Below, in pieces: positions 40,071-51,665 of a stretch of 64,000 nt of DNA. The notes beneath the pieces are model-generated. The model did no database searches, was not told where the DNA came from, and worked only from the letters and a program-made list of their open reading frames with translations. The first letter of the stretch is position 1. Every line of letters starts with the position of its first letter. The translations under genes and the position numbers were made by a program. This DNA is from Macrostomum hystrix (Eukaryota; Animalia; Platyhelminthes), in contig CATNEN010000038.1 of assembly GCA_950097015.1 (NCBI GenBank), positions 8,494,001-8,558,000 of the forward strand. Direction: 5' to 3'.

Positions 40071-40525
40071 ACAGCTGGGGACCGATGGAATGCCAATTTG
40101 AAACGCCGTTGAAATCAATTGGAAATGCTTCTCCGAAAAAAGTAGACTCCATTTCTCTGCACAACATAGGATTTCCACCAAACTCAATGCGCATGCCTGG
40201 AATGTAGGCGCCTTGAGATGTGTGACGGCTTAAGTAGATATGTTTCTCTGGAGAGCCGCTGTGCTCGGCTAAACATTGGCCTCATATGGTAAAATAATTG
40301 TGAATTTTGTTTCTCGTTTCCAGTCCAGATGCTATTATATAGAAGTCCTTGGTTTAAGGCAAGATTCGGTCGCTCAGTGATTTTGTCCATAGACTAAAGG
40401 CCGCTGAGTGAGCAGGTACAGGCACAGCGGATGGTCTATCTATATTAGCCTATTTAGCTCGAAACAGCTAAATGACAAGACCAAAAATATTTTTGTAAAA
40501 CTAAACTCAGTAGTCAGCCCCAAAG

Positions 40526-43500
40526 ATGAACAAGCTGCAGGCACTGTTACTGATTGCGCTAGTGCTGCTCGTCTCTGGTGAGTACGAAAGCTTTGTATCT
40601 ATTCGATTAGAGTTCCAGAACTGATTAATGTTGGTCTAGTCTTCTCGGAGTTTGACACTGTAAGCTTGACTATTGCAGTTTTAATTTTATATTTCAGAAT
40701 TTCAGATTGTGAGTGGTCTTGAGTGCTACGTGTTCACATCGTCGAATCCGGGCTATCGTATACAAACATGCGCAACAAACGAGCCGAATTGCATAACTCT
40801 CTCTTTTAAAAGCAATACAGTAAGCTGCTGCTTTTATTAAGCCGTGCTGGTTACTAATTAACTCTGAAAGGTTGAACTGCGAATTCTTTCAGCGACTCCC
40901 CCACTCCGACTCCTTTCAGAGTGCACAACTCTTTTCGACCGGCCGATGTGCACAACAATTCTATTGCACCAGTTCGACAAATGCTTTAGACCTGACTGTC
41001 CATAATGGCTCCTGCGTCGCATGTGCTACTAACTTGTGCAACACACCGCCCAAAAACATCGCGGCCTTCAACACCACCGCGACCACAAACAACATCGCGG
41101 CCTCCAACACCATCGCGGCCACCAACACCATCGCGGCTACTAACACTATCGCGGCCACAAACACCATCGCGGCCACCAACACCACCGCGGCCACCAACAC
41201 CATCGCGGCTACTAACACTATCGCGGTCTCCAACACCATCGCGGCCACAAACACCATCGCGGCCACCAGCACCATCGCGGCCACCAACACCATCGCGGCT
41301 ACCAACACGATCGCAGCTACCAACACCATCGCAGCTACCAACACCACCGGGGCCACCAACACGATCGCGGCTATTAACACTATCGCGGCCTCCAACACCA
41401 TCGCGGCCACCAACACCATCGAGGCCACAAACACCATCGCGGCCACCAACACCATCGAGGCCACAAACACCATCGCGGCCACCAACACCATCGAGGCCAC
41501 AAACACCATCGCGGCCACCAGCACCATCGCGGCCACCAACACGATCGCGGCCTCCAACACCATCGCGGCCACAAACACCATCGCGGCCACCAACACCACC
41601 GCGGCCACCAACACCATCGCGGCTACTAACACTATCGCGGTCTCCAACACCATCGCGGCCACAAACACCATCGCGGCCACCAGCACCATCGCGGCCACCA
41701 ACACCATCGCGGCTACCAACACGATCGCAGCTACCAACACCATCGCAGCTACCAACACCATCGCGGCCACCAACACCACCGGGGCCACCAACACGATCGC
41801 GGCTATTAACACTATCGCGGCCTCCAACACCATCGCGGCCACCAACACCATCGAGGCCACCAGCACCATCGCGGCCACCAACACCATCGAGGCCACAAAC
41901 ACCATCGCGGCCACCAACACCATCGAGGCCACAAACACCATCGCGGCCACCAGCACCATCGCGGCCACCAACACGATCGCGGCCTCCAACACCATCGCGG
42001 CCACAAACAACATCGCGGCCTCCACCAACACCGCAGCCACCAACACCATCGCGGCTACCAAAACCATCGCGGCCACCAACACCGTCGCGGCCACCAACAC
42101 CACCGGAGCCACCAACACCATCGCGGCCACAGACACCATCGCGGCCACAAACACCATCGCGGCCACAGACACTACAGACACTCACACTACCGGTGAGTAC
42201 GAAAGCTTTGTATCTATTCGATTAGAGTTCCAGAACTGATTAATGTTGGTCTAGTCTTCTCGGAGTTTGACACTGTAAGCTTGACTATTGCAGTTTTAAT
42301 TTTATATTTCAGAATTTCAGATTGTGAGTGGTCTTGAGTGCTACGTGTTCACATCGTCGAATCCGGGCTATCGTATACAAACATGCGCAACAAACGAGCC
42401 GAATTGCATAACTCTCTCTTTTAAAAGCAATACAGTAAGCTGCTGCTTTTATTAAGCCGTGCTGGTTACTAATTAACTCTGAAAGGTTGAACTGCGAATT
42501 CTTTCAGCGACTCCCTCACTCCGACTCCTTTCAGAGTGCACAACTCTTTTCGACCGGCCGATGTGCACAACAATTCTATTGCACCAGTTCGACAAATGCT
42601 TTAGACCTGACTGTCCATAATGGCTCCTGCGTCGCATGTGCTACTAACTTGTGCAACACACCGCCCAAAAACATCGCGGCCTTCAACACCACCGCGACCA
42701 CAAACAACATCGCGGCCTCCAACACCATCGCGGCCACCAACACCATCGCGGCTACTAACACTATCGCGGCCACAAACACCATCGCGGCCACCAACACCAC
42801 CGCGGCCACCAACACCATCGCGGCTACTAACACTATCGCGGTCTCCAACACCATCGCGGCCACAAACACCATCGCGGCCACCAGCACCATCGCGGCCACC
42901 AACACCATCGCGGCTACCAACACGATCGCAGCTACCAACACCATCGCAGCTACCAACACCATCGCGGCCACCAACACCACCGCGGCCTCTAACACAATCG
43001 CTGCCTCCAAGACCATCGCGGCCACCAACACCACCGCGGCCTCTAACACAATCGCTGCCTCCAAGACTATCGCGGTCTCCAACACCATCGCGGCCACAAA
43101 CACCATCGCGGCCACCAGCACCATCGCGGCCACCAACACCATCGCGGCTACCAACACGATCGCAGCTACCAACACCATCGCAGCTACCAACACCATCGCG
43201 GCCACCAACACCACCGCGGCCTCTAACACAATCGCTGCCTCCAAGACCATCGCGGCCACCAACACCACCGCGGCCTCCAACACCACCGCGGCCACCAACA
43301 CCACCGCGGCCTCCAACACCATCGCGGCCACCAACACCACCGCGGCCTCCAACGCCACCGCGGCCTCCAACACCACCGCGGCCTCCAAGACCATCGCGGC
43401 CACCAACACCACCGCGGCCACCAGCACCATCGCGGCCACCAACACGATCGCGGCCTCCAACACCATCGCGGCCACAAACACCATCGCGGCCACCAACACC

Positions 43501-46500
43501 ACCGCGGCCACCAACACCATCGCGGCTACTAACACTATCGCGGTCTCCAACACCATCGCGGCCACAAACACCATCGCGGCCACCAGCAACATCGCGGCCA
43601 CCAACACCATCGCGGCTACCAACACGATCGCAGCTACCAACACCATCGCAGCTACCAACACCATCGCGGCCACCAACACCACCGGGGCCACCAACACGAT
43701 CGCGGCTATTAACACTATCGCGGCCTCCAACACCATCGCGGCCACCAACACCATCGAGGCCACAAACACCATCGCGGCCACCAACACCATCGAGGCCACA
43801 AACACCATCGCGGCCACCAACACCATCGAGGCCACAAACACCATCGCGGCCACCAGCACCATCGCGGCCACCAACACGATCGCGGCCTCCAACACCATCG
43901 CGGCCACAAACAACATCGCGGCCTCCACCAACACCGCAGCCACCAACACCATCGCGGCTACCAACACCATCGCGGCCACCAACACCGTCGCGGCCACCAA
44001 CACCACCGGGGCCACCAACACCATCGCGGCCACAGACACCATCGCGGCCACAAACACCATCGCGGCCACAGACACTACAGACACTCACACTACCGGTGAG
44101 TACGAAAGCTTTGTATCTATTCGATTAGAGTTCCAGAACTGATTAATGTTGGTCTAGTCTTCTCGGAGTTTGACACTGTAAGCTTGACTATTGCAGTTTT
44201 AATTTTATATTTCAGAATTTCAGATTGTGAGTGGTCTTGAGTGCTACGTGTTCACATCGTCGAATCCGGGCTATCGTATACAAACATGCGCAACAAACGA
44301 GCCGAATTGCATAACTCTCTCTTTTAAAAGCAATACAGTAAGCTGCTGCTTTTATTAAGCCGTGCTGGTTACTAATTAACTCTGAAAGGTTGAACTGCGA
44401 ATTCTTTCAGCGACTCCCCCACTCCGACTCCTTTCAGAGTGCACAACTCTTTTCGACCGGCCGATGTGCACAACAATTCTATTGCACCAGTTCGACAAAT
44501 GCTTTAGACCTGACTGTCCATAATGGCTCCTGCGTCGCATGTGCTACTAACTTGTGCAACACACCGCCCAAAAACATCGCGGCCTTCAACACCACCGCGA
44601 CCACAAACAACATCGCGGCCTCCAACACCATCGCGGCCACCAACACCATCGCGGCTACTAACACTATCGCGGCCACAAACACCATCGCGGCCACCAACAC
44701 CACCGAGGCCACCAACACCATCGCGGCTACTAACACTATCGCGGTCTCCAACACCATCGCGGCCACAAACACCATCGCGGCCACCAGCACCATCGCGGCC
44801 ACCAACACCATCGCGGCTACCAACACGATCGCAGCTACCAACACCATCGCAGCTACCAACACCATCGCGGCCACCAACACCACCGCGGCCTCTAACACAA
44901 TCGCTGCCTCCAAGACCATCGCGGCCACCAACACCACCGCGGCCTCTAACACAATCGCTGCCTCCAAGACCATCGCGGCCACCAACACCACCGCGGCCTC
45001 TAACACAATCGCTGCCTCCAAGACCATCGCGGCCACCAACACCACCGCGGCCACAAACACCACCGCGGCCTCCAACACCATCGCGGCCACCAACACCACC
45101 GCGGCCACCAACACCACCGCGGCCTCCAACACCATCGCGGCCACCAACACCATCGCGGCCACCAACACCACCGCGGCCTCCAACGCCACCGCGGCCTCCA
45201 ACACCACCGCGGCCTCCAAGACCATCGCGGCCACCAACACCACCGCGGCCTCCAACACCATCGCGGCCACCAACACCATCGCGGCCACCAACACCATCGC
45301 GGCCACCAGCACCATCGCGGCCACCAACACGATCGCGGCCTCCAACACCATCGCGGCCACAAACAACATCGCGGCCTCCACCACCACCGCGGCCACAAAC
45401 ACCATCGCGGCCACCAACACCACCGGGGCCACCAACACCATCGAGGCCACAAACACCATCGCGGCCTCCAACACCATCGCGGCCACTAACACCACCGCGG
45501 CCTCCAACGCCACCGCGGCCTCCAACACCACCGCGGCCTCCAAGACCATCGCGGCCACCAACACCACCGCGGCCTCCAACACCATCGCGGCCACCAACAC
45601 CATCGCGGCCACCAACACCATCGCGGCCACCAGCACCATCGCGGCCACCAACACGATCGCGGCCTCCAACACCATCGCGGCCACAAACAACATCGCGGCC
45701 TCCACCACCACCGCGGCCACAAACACCATCGCGGCCACCAACACCACCGGGGCCACCAACACCATCGAGGCCACAAACACCATCGCGGCCTCCAACACCA
45801 TCGCGGCCACTAACACCATCGCGGCTACTAACACTATCGCGGTCTCCACCACCATCGCGGCCACCAACACCATCGAGGCCACCAACACCACCGCGGCCAC
45901 CAACACCACCGCGGCCACAAACACCATCGCGGCCACAGACACCATCGCGGCCACAGACACCATCGCGGCCACAAACACCATCGCGGCCACAGACACCATC
46001 GCGGCCACAGACACCATCGCGGCCACAAACACCATCGCGGCCACAAACACCATCGCGGCCACAAACACCATCGCGGCTACCAACACCATCGCGGCCACCA
46101 AAACCACGTTTAGATTATATGACATAATTATATGGTACGGAAACATCGCTGCCACAAACACCATCGCGGCCACAAACACCATCGCGGCCACAAACACCAT
46201 CGCGGCCACAAACACCATCGCGGCCACAAACACCATCGCGGCCACAAACACCATCCCGGCCACAAACACAATCGCGGCCACAAACACCACCGCAGCCTCC
46301 AACACCATCGCGGCCACCAACACCACCGCGGCCTCCAACGCCATCGCTGCCTCCAAGACCATCGTGGCCACCAACACCACCGCGGCCACCAACACCACCG
46401 CAGCCTTCAACACCATCGCGGCCACCAACACCACCGCGGCCTCCAACGCCATCGCTGCCTCCAAGACCATCGTGGCCTCCAAAGCGTCCTCCAAAGTCGG

Positions 46501-46570
46501 CGTGCGCCTGACTGTCAACCCAAAAATCGCCGCATTCGCCGCAGTATTCGCAGTGGCCGCTCTGTGGTGA
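40526..46570 (+). CDS. Secreted, probably GPI-anchored Ly6/uPAR (three-finger) domain-mucin protein with a triplicated module; exons 40526-40577, 40698-40819, 40920-42192, 42313-42434, 42535-44095, 44216-44337, 44438-46570; ~1794 aa
   Basis: Signal-peptide exon [17 protein letters not shown] ends in phase 1. The LU domain LECY...C...C|..GRC..C...C..CATNLCN has 8 Cys. An 18-bp TIAATN repeat stalk follows. Exons 3 and 5 end at phase-1 G|GTGAGT donors that splice in frame into the next copy. C-terminal hydrophobic tail [14 protein letters not shown]. Exon lengths total 5385 nt (1795 codons). An alternative in-frame acceptor lies 27 nt upstream in each phase-0 intron. Confidence 0.8.
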
Positions 46571-46917
46571 AGCTCAGCTGAAGCTCCGTAAACACTCCAT
46601 CATCGACTTCATCATAGACCTATCAGAGACTTTATAAAAAATTCCTGTTAAAAAAACTGAATCAACTGGCTCGCATACTTTGTTGTCTACAACAGATCAT
46701 AAATCAACTTTTTGATTATAAACAGATTAGATTGGCTAAAATATTTTTTCAATAATAATATCTCAAAGCTGATACCCTACATGTAACTCAGACACCTTAA
46801 AGTTAGTCTGAAGGAAGTGGGAGAACTTATCAGCTGATTCGATTGCGCTTATTTTACCTTTCCAGCTCTTTTTTTAGTTGCTATGGGCACTAATAGTTAC
46901 TAGTGGGCTGGTATAAA

Positions 46918-47216
46918 TCTAAATCTCAGGATTTACATTCCAATCCCAGGATTTAGATTCCAATCCCAGGATATAGATTCCAATCCCAGGATTTCGATTC
47001 CAATCCCAGGATTTCGATTCAAATGTCAGGATTTAGATTCCAATCTCAGGATTTAGATTCCAATCCCAGGATTTCGATTCAAATCCCAAGATTTAGATTC
47101 CAATCTCAGGACTTATATTCCAATCCTAGGATTTAGATTCCAATCTCAGGACTTATATTCCAATCCTAGGATTTAGATTCCAATCCCAGGATTTAGATTA
47201 CAATCCCAGGATTAAG
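46918..47216. repeat. 20-bp minisatellite (CAATCCCAGGATTTAGATTC), ~15 copies
   Basis: Period of 20 bp; same family and orientation as 18215-18390. Confidence 0.95.
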
Positions 47217-47957
47217 ATCACGGTCTCTGACTGCTTTCCCATTGTTGTTCGCATTTTACATTGCTTTTCTAAGAATGGAAACACAAAATAAAAATTAAGC
47301 AAACACTTGCTTCTTTTGTACACTTTAATATGAATATTCGAGTATAATTTTATGAAGAAAATAAAGAGATATCTGAAAAGTTACACATACACTCGTAAGC
47401 GTCAAGTTTTTATATGTGAAAATGTGAAATCTACGAGCATTTATATAATTACGTGATATTCGCATCTATCGACAAAATCGCATTGGTAATTTTACCTATT
47501 GTAATCTTTATCTGTCGACTCATTGAGTGCATTGGATTGCTTAATTACGAGCTAGAAATATTCTTGATAAGCAGAAAATATGTTAAATAATTAACAATAT
47601 TTTGATTTTACAATCAATAACGTGTAATTTTTGTGAGACTATCTGTGATAAGGAACATTGAAATCGTGTGGCGCGCATTCACGGGGCGATAATAAATTAA
47701 TGAGGTGCCAAACAATTTATGAGTCATCAGTGAATAAAACGGTTAGGGGGCCAAAACGCACGTACACTTTCGATACGATAATAATTTAAATGAACATAGC
47801 AACAAAAATCAGCCTCTTAAAAACTAAGCCAGAACTTAATCTATCAAATATATTAAAGTAGTGTGCACTGTGCTTCAATGCCCCTCATCAAGGTCACTAG
47901 ACGCACCAACCTCACGCCAGATCTGGGCTGTCTTTAATCAATCCCGTTCCATAAACC

Positions 47958-48150
47958 GTGATTGGTTGCTACAACCTCACGCCTCCCATTCCCTGATCGG
48001 TGATTGGTTGCTACAACCTCACGCCTCCCATTCCCTGATCGGTGATTGGTTGCTACAACCTCACGCCTCCCATTCCCTGATCGGTGATTGGTTGCTACAA
48101 CCTCACGCCTCCCATTCCCTGATCGGTGATTGGTTGCAACAAGCTCACGC
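47958..48150. repeat. 42-bp minisatellite (GATTGGTTGCTACAACCTCACGCCTCCCATTCCCTGATCGGT), ~4.5 copies, just downstream of the syntrophin stop
   Basis: Period of 42 bp; bracketed by the direct repeat CTCACGCCAGATCTGG(G/A)CTGT at ~47911 and ~48144. Confidence 0.9.
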
Positions 48151-48249
48151 CAGATCTGGACTGTTTTAGATAAACTTTTAGAGGCTCTAGGAGATATTTT
48201 TGTTGCAATGCAACCGAATAGCATTCGACATTTTTAATTCCACAATGTT

Positions 48250-51006
48250 TCATGGCTTTAGAAACTGCGGATCCACAGTGGTCAGTTTGCTGGATAGAAA
48301 GGAGTGCAGCACTATCAATAGCAGCTGCAGATCTGGCACTTCCACTTCTTTGACAACGGCCCCATTGTCCACCGCGGCTCTGGACGATGTCGCAGCCGAG
48401 TTGCGCGCTGGCAGCGGGCTGCATGGCTCCTGAAAGTGTAGGAACAGCTTTCGATCGCGGTCGTCGTAGCTGCGCTTGAGGCAGGCGAACCGGTAGGACC
48501 AGAGGCAGTTCTGGCCACTGGCGAAGCTGATGCCCTTCTCAAGGTCGAACACTAACTGACCGTCTTCGCCGTTGTGCGTCACCTGGGCGTGTGGAGCGCG
48601 ACATTTCTAGTACAGAGACACAACAAAAGATTTCCTAAACTGCCGCCAAATACCTTGAACAGCACCGGGGAGCCCGCTGCCGACTTCCTGGCCAACGAGT
48701 TGGACGTCGCTCGGAACCAGCACCGCTCGAGGCGGCTGACGTCGCCCACGGTCTCCGCGCTCATGTAGAAGGTGTGCGCGCTGCCACAGTGCAAAAAGAA
48801 TGCGTTCACCCGCATGTCCAGCAGTTCCTCGTCGTCAAGGACACGAATGACGCACTTGAAAACCTTCTCCTTGACCGAGGCGCTGCGCCAGTCGTCCAGG
48901 AAGATCGGCGGCACCTCAAACAGCAGCAGGTCGTCGCCACGCAGTGCCAGAAAGACATCCTGCCAGAGGCGGCTGAGCTGAGGCGAGTCGTGCAGTGTCA
49001 GGCCCAGCCAGCCCATGTACAGCAGCGGCTCCGTCTTGGGCGGAAAGTCCAGGCCGATCTTCTTGTTGAAGCGGAGCACCTCTGTCTCCATGAGCAGGCG
49101 GATATTGTTGTGCACCTCTGAGAACCAGCGGTTGAACTCCTCGGTGCTGGAGAAGGTCAGGCAGCCGGTGGAGTGGCCGTTCAGCCCCACCACCTCGAAA
49201 CTGTACCGCCGCAGCTTGTCCGAGTTGGGCTGGTAGCGGGTGACCCGGCCGTACTTTAGCGGCACCGTCATCACGTCCAGCCAGGAGCGCTCTTGGTGCG
49301 GTCGCTGCTGCAGCATTTGATGATGCTGACTCTGCGGCCAAGATTCAGACAGAGAGGAATTGCCCGCCTGCGGAGTGCCCAGATGGTTGCCGGCGTTGCG
49401 GTTGGCGAACACTGTGCACCGCTCCGTGTCTACAGCGATGAGGGACGCTTTTGAAGAAGTCGACGATGACCTGCTGGGCCGATCTGTTGACGAGTTGGCT
49501 GTTGTCTGTTGGTTGTTGGAGGCTGTTGTTACGGTTGGCTTTTGCGCCTGCGGCGTAGCTAGCTGCTGCTGCTGCTGCTGCCAGAGTGCGGATCCAATTG
49601 ACGAGTTGCTGCGCACTGTTGAAAAGGACTCTGAAGCGATCGGAGCTCGAGCTTCCACGGCTGACCCTCCCGCCGCCGCCGTCCGCAGCACCCAGGGATT
49701 AGCTGGCTGCACGGCGGTCTCGTCGATTCCGCGTACGTTCGGATTGTCTGCAGCCTCGTTGTTGTTAAATAAGTCTGCTGTGAAGCCGCCGAGGTTGAGT
49801 CGAACGGCGGTGGACGAAGTGGCAGCCAGCGGATCGCATCTAGGTGGCGAGTCGTCGGCTGAGTCGAGGAGATTCTCGCTAGATGAGCAGTCAAACAAGG
49901 TTTGTGTTGGCGGCGGCGGCGGCGGTGCTGGAGCGACGGAGGCCGACGCGGTGGTTGAGGCGACGTTCGACGAAGCTCGTCGCGAAGAGTTTCGTCGATT
50001 AATCTGGCTGCCGCCACCGCCGCCCCCGGATGGTCGTCCCGAGTTGGCAGCGGTGTTTGCCTGCTCGTGCAGAAGCTTGGCAGCCTCGCGGAAGTGCTTC
50101 ACAACTAGTGTGACCTGCGGGATGAAGCTCTAGATTGCAGTCCCGAATTTGGTTAAAAGATACGGGGCTTCACGGACACGGATGGTGCACGCGAACATGA
50201 TCGATCTTGAGGGCGCGAGGGCTGTGGAGAGCAAATAGGCTTGTCATGTATCGCCAATTTAATGGACCCTCGCTTGGGTGCACTGAGCCAATGGAGTATG
50301 CTAATCAACTTGGCTGCATGTGGCTTGTGGTCTGGGGGGATGCACTAATACTCAAATAGCAAGCCAGGCCTTCTTCTCATTTAAGTCACTGGTTGAGATT
50401 TAAACTCAGACTCGAGCGCTATTATCAATTAGGCTCGTCCTGCGTTAAGCCAGGCAGAAGGGGAATGTACTTTTATTATAACTTTAAGCTGCCAAAATTT
50501 GTTTGGTAGTTCTGTGCAGAAGCTTTGACCCATCAGTCATCCTGAACCATCAGTCATCCTGACCCATCAATCATCCTGACCCATCAATCATTAAGCGTAT
50601 GTCGACCCACCTGTTGTCCGGCATTCTTCAGCCTTTCGACCACCTCGTCGTGTGTGGCGCCCTCGACGCTTGCCTGGTCGATGCGCAGAATGGCGTCGCC
50701 GACAAACAGCGCCTTGGTTTTAAAGGCCGGCATGCCTTTCTGCACGTGTGACACCAGCACTGGCAGCCGGTTCTCGCTGCCTCCGCGCACGCTGAAGCCG
50801 AAGCTACCGCGGTGGTCGCGGCACAGAGAAATCTCCCGCAGCACTGGCAGGCCCGACTGGTCGAATTGGTTGGTGCTGCCCTCCTGGGAGACCACCTCCT
50901 CCTGCACCGTCAGACAGTCCGGGGTCAGGCGCAGGCGGATGACCCGCTCGAGGCCGCTGTCAGCCTCGCCGGAGACCAGCGTGCAGAGGCCGGTCATGGA
51001 GGTCAT
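48250..51006 (-). CDS. SNTG: Gamma-syntrophin-like scaffold (split PH1, PDZ, PH2, SU domain); exons 51006-50611, 50114-48654, 48582-48250; ~729 aa
   Basis: N-terminal PH half (TGLCTL...IRLRLTPDCLTVQ) and PDZ (GSFGFSVRGGSENRLPVLVS...LFVGDAILRID...ATHDEVVERLKNAG|VTLVV). Also WLDVMTVPL, LYMGW and FLALRGDDLLLFEVPP. The C-terminus LWSYRFACLKRSYDD...LHSFLSSKLTTVDPQFL is typical of gamma-syntrophins. Both introns are phase-0 GT-AG. Confidence 0.9.
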
Positions 51007-51149
51007 GGAGCTGGCGAGCTGGCGAGAGGCCTGGACAATAGGCGCTGCTGCTGCGAACTTCGGTCCGGCTGCTACCTGCGTGTGATTTAGAGGGCTCTGT
51101 GGTGTGTTTCTTGTTGGGTCCCGTCCTTCAGGTCCGCTCTACCTGGCCT

Positions 51150-51665
51150 TTTTTCCTTCAGCGCCTATGAAACTGTCTCTTTTTCCTGCACGGCCCCTGA
51201 ACCTGTGATCGCTCCTTTGTCCTTCAGGGCCTCTAAACCTGTCTCTCCTTTGTCCTTCAGGGCCTATGAACCTGTCTTTCCTTTGTCCTTCAGGGCGTCT
51301 AAACCTGTCTTTCCTTTGTCCTTCAGGGCCTCTAAACCTGTCTCTCCTTTGTCCTTCAGGGCCTATGAACCTGTCTTTCCTTTGTCCTTCAGGGCGTCTA
51401 AACCTGTCTTTCCTTTGTCCTTCAGGGCGTCTGAACCTGTCTCTCCTTTGCCCTTCAGGGCCTATGAACCTGTCTTTCCTTTGTCCTTCAGGGCCTATGA
51501 ACCTGTCTCTCCTTTGTCCTTCAGGGCCTATGAGCCTGTCTTTCCTTTGTCCTTCAGGGCGTCTAAAACTGTCTTTCCTTTGTCCTTCAGGGCGTCTGAA
51601 CCTGTCTCTCCTTTGTCCTTCAGGGCCTATGAACCTGTCTTTCCTTTGTCCTTCAGTGCCCATCA
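51150..51665. repeat. 33-bp minisatellite (AACCTGTCTTTCCTTTGTCCTTCAGGGCCTATG)
   Basis: Period of 33 bp, immediately upstream of the syntrophin start. Confidence 0.95.

Noticed and set aside
40872-44390. Three separate genes starting at 40872, 42487 and 44390
   Set aside because: Those starts are TTG codons inside introns; there is only one signal-peptide exon and one terminal hydrophobic tail.
40961-46518. Antisense and alternative-frame ORFs over the mucin repeat (VAAMVL, GRDGVG, RPPTPS, WPRWC repeats)
   Set aside because: Shadows of the 18-bp coding repeat; only the TIAATN frame connects to the LU domain, signal exon and C-terminal tail.
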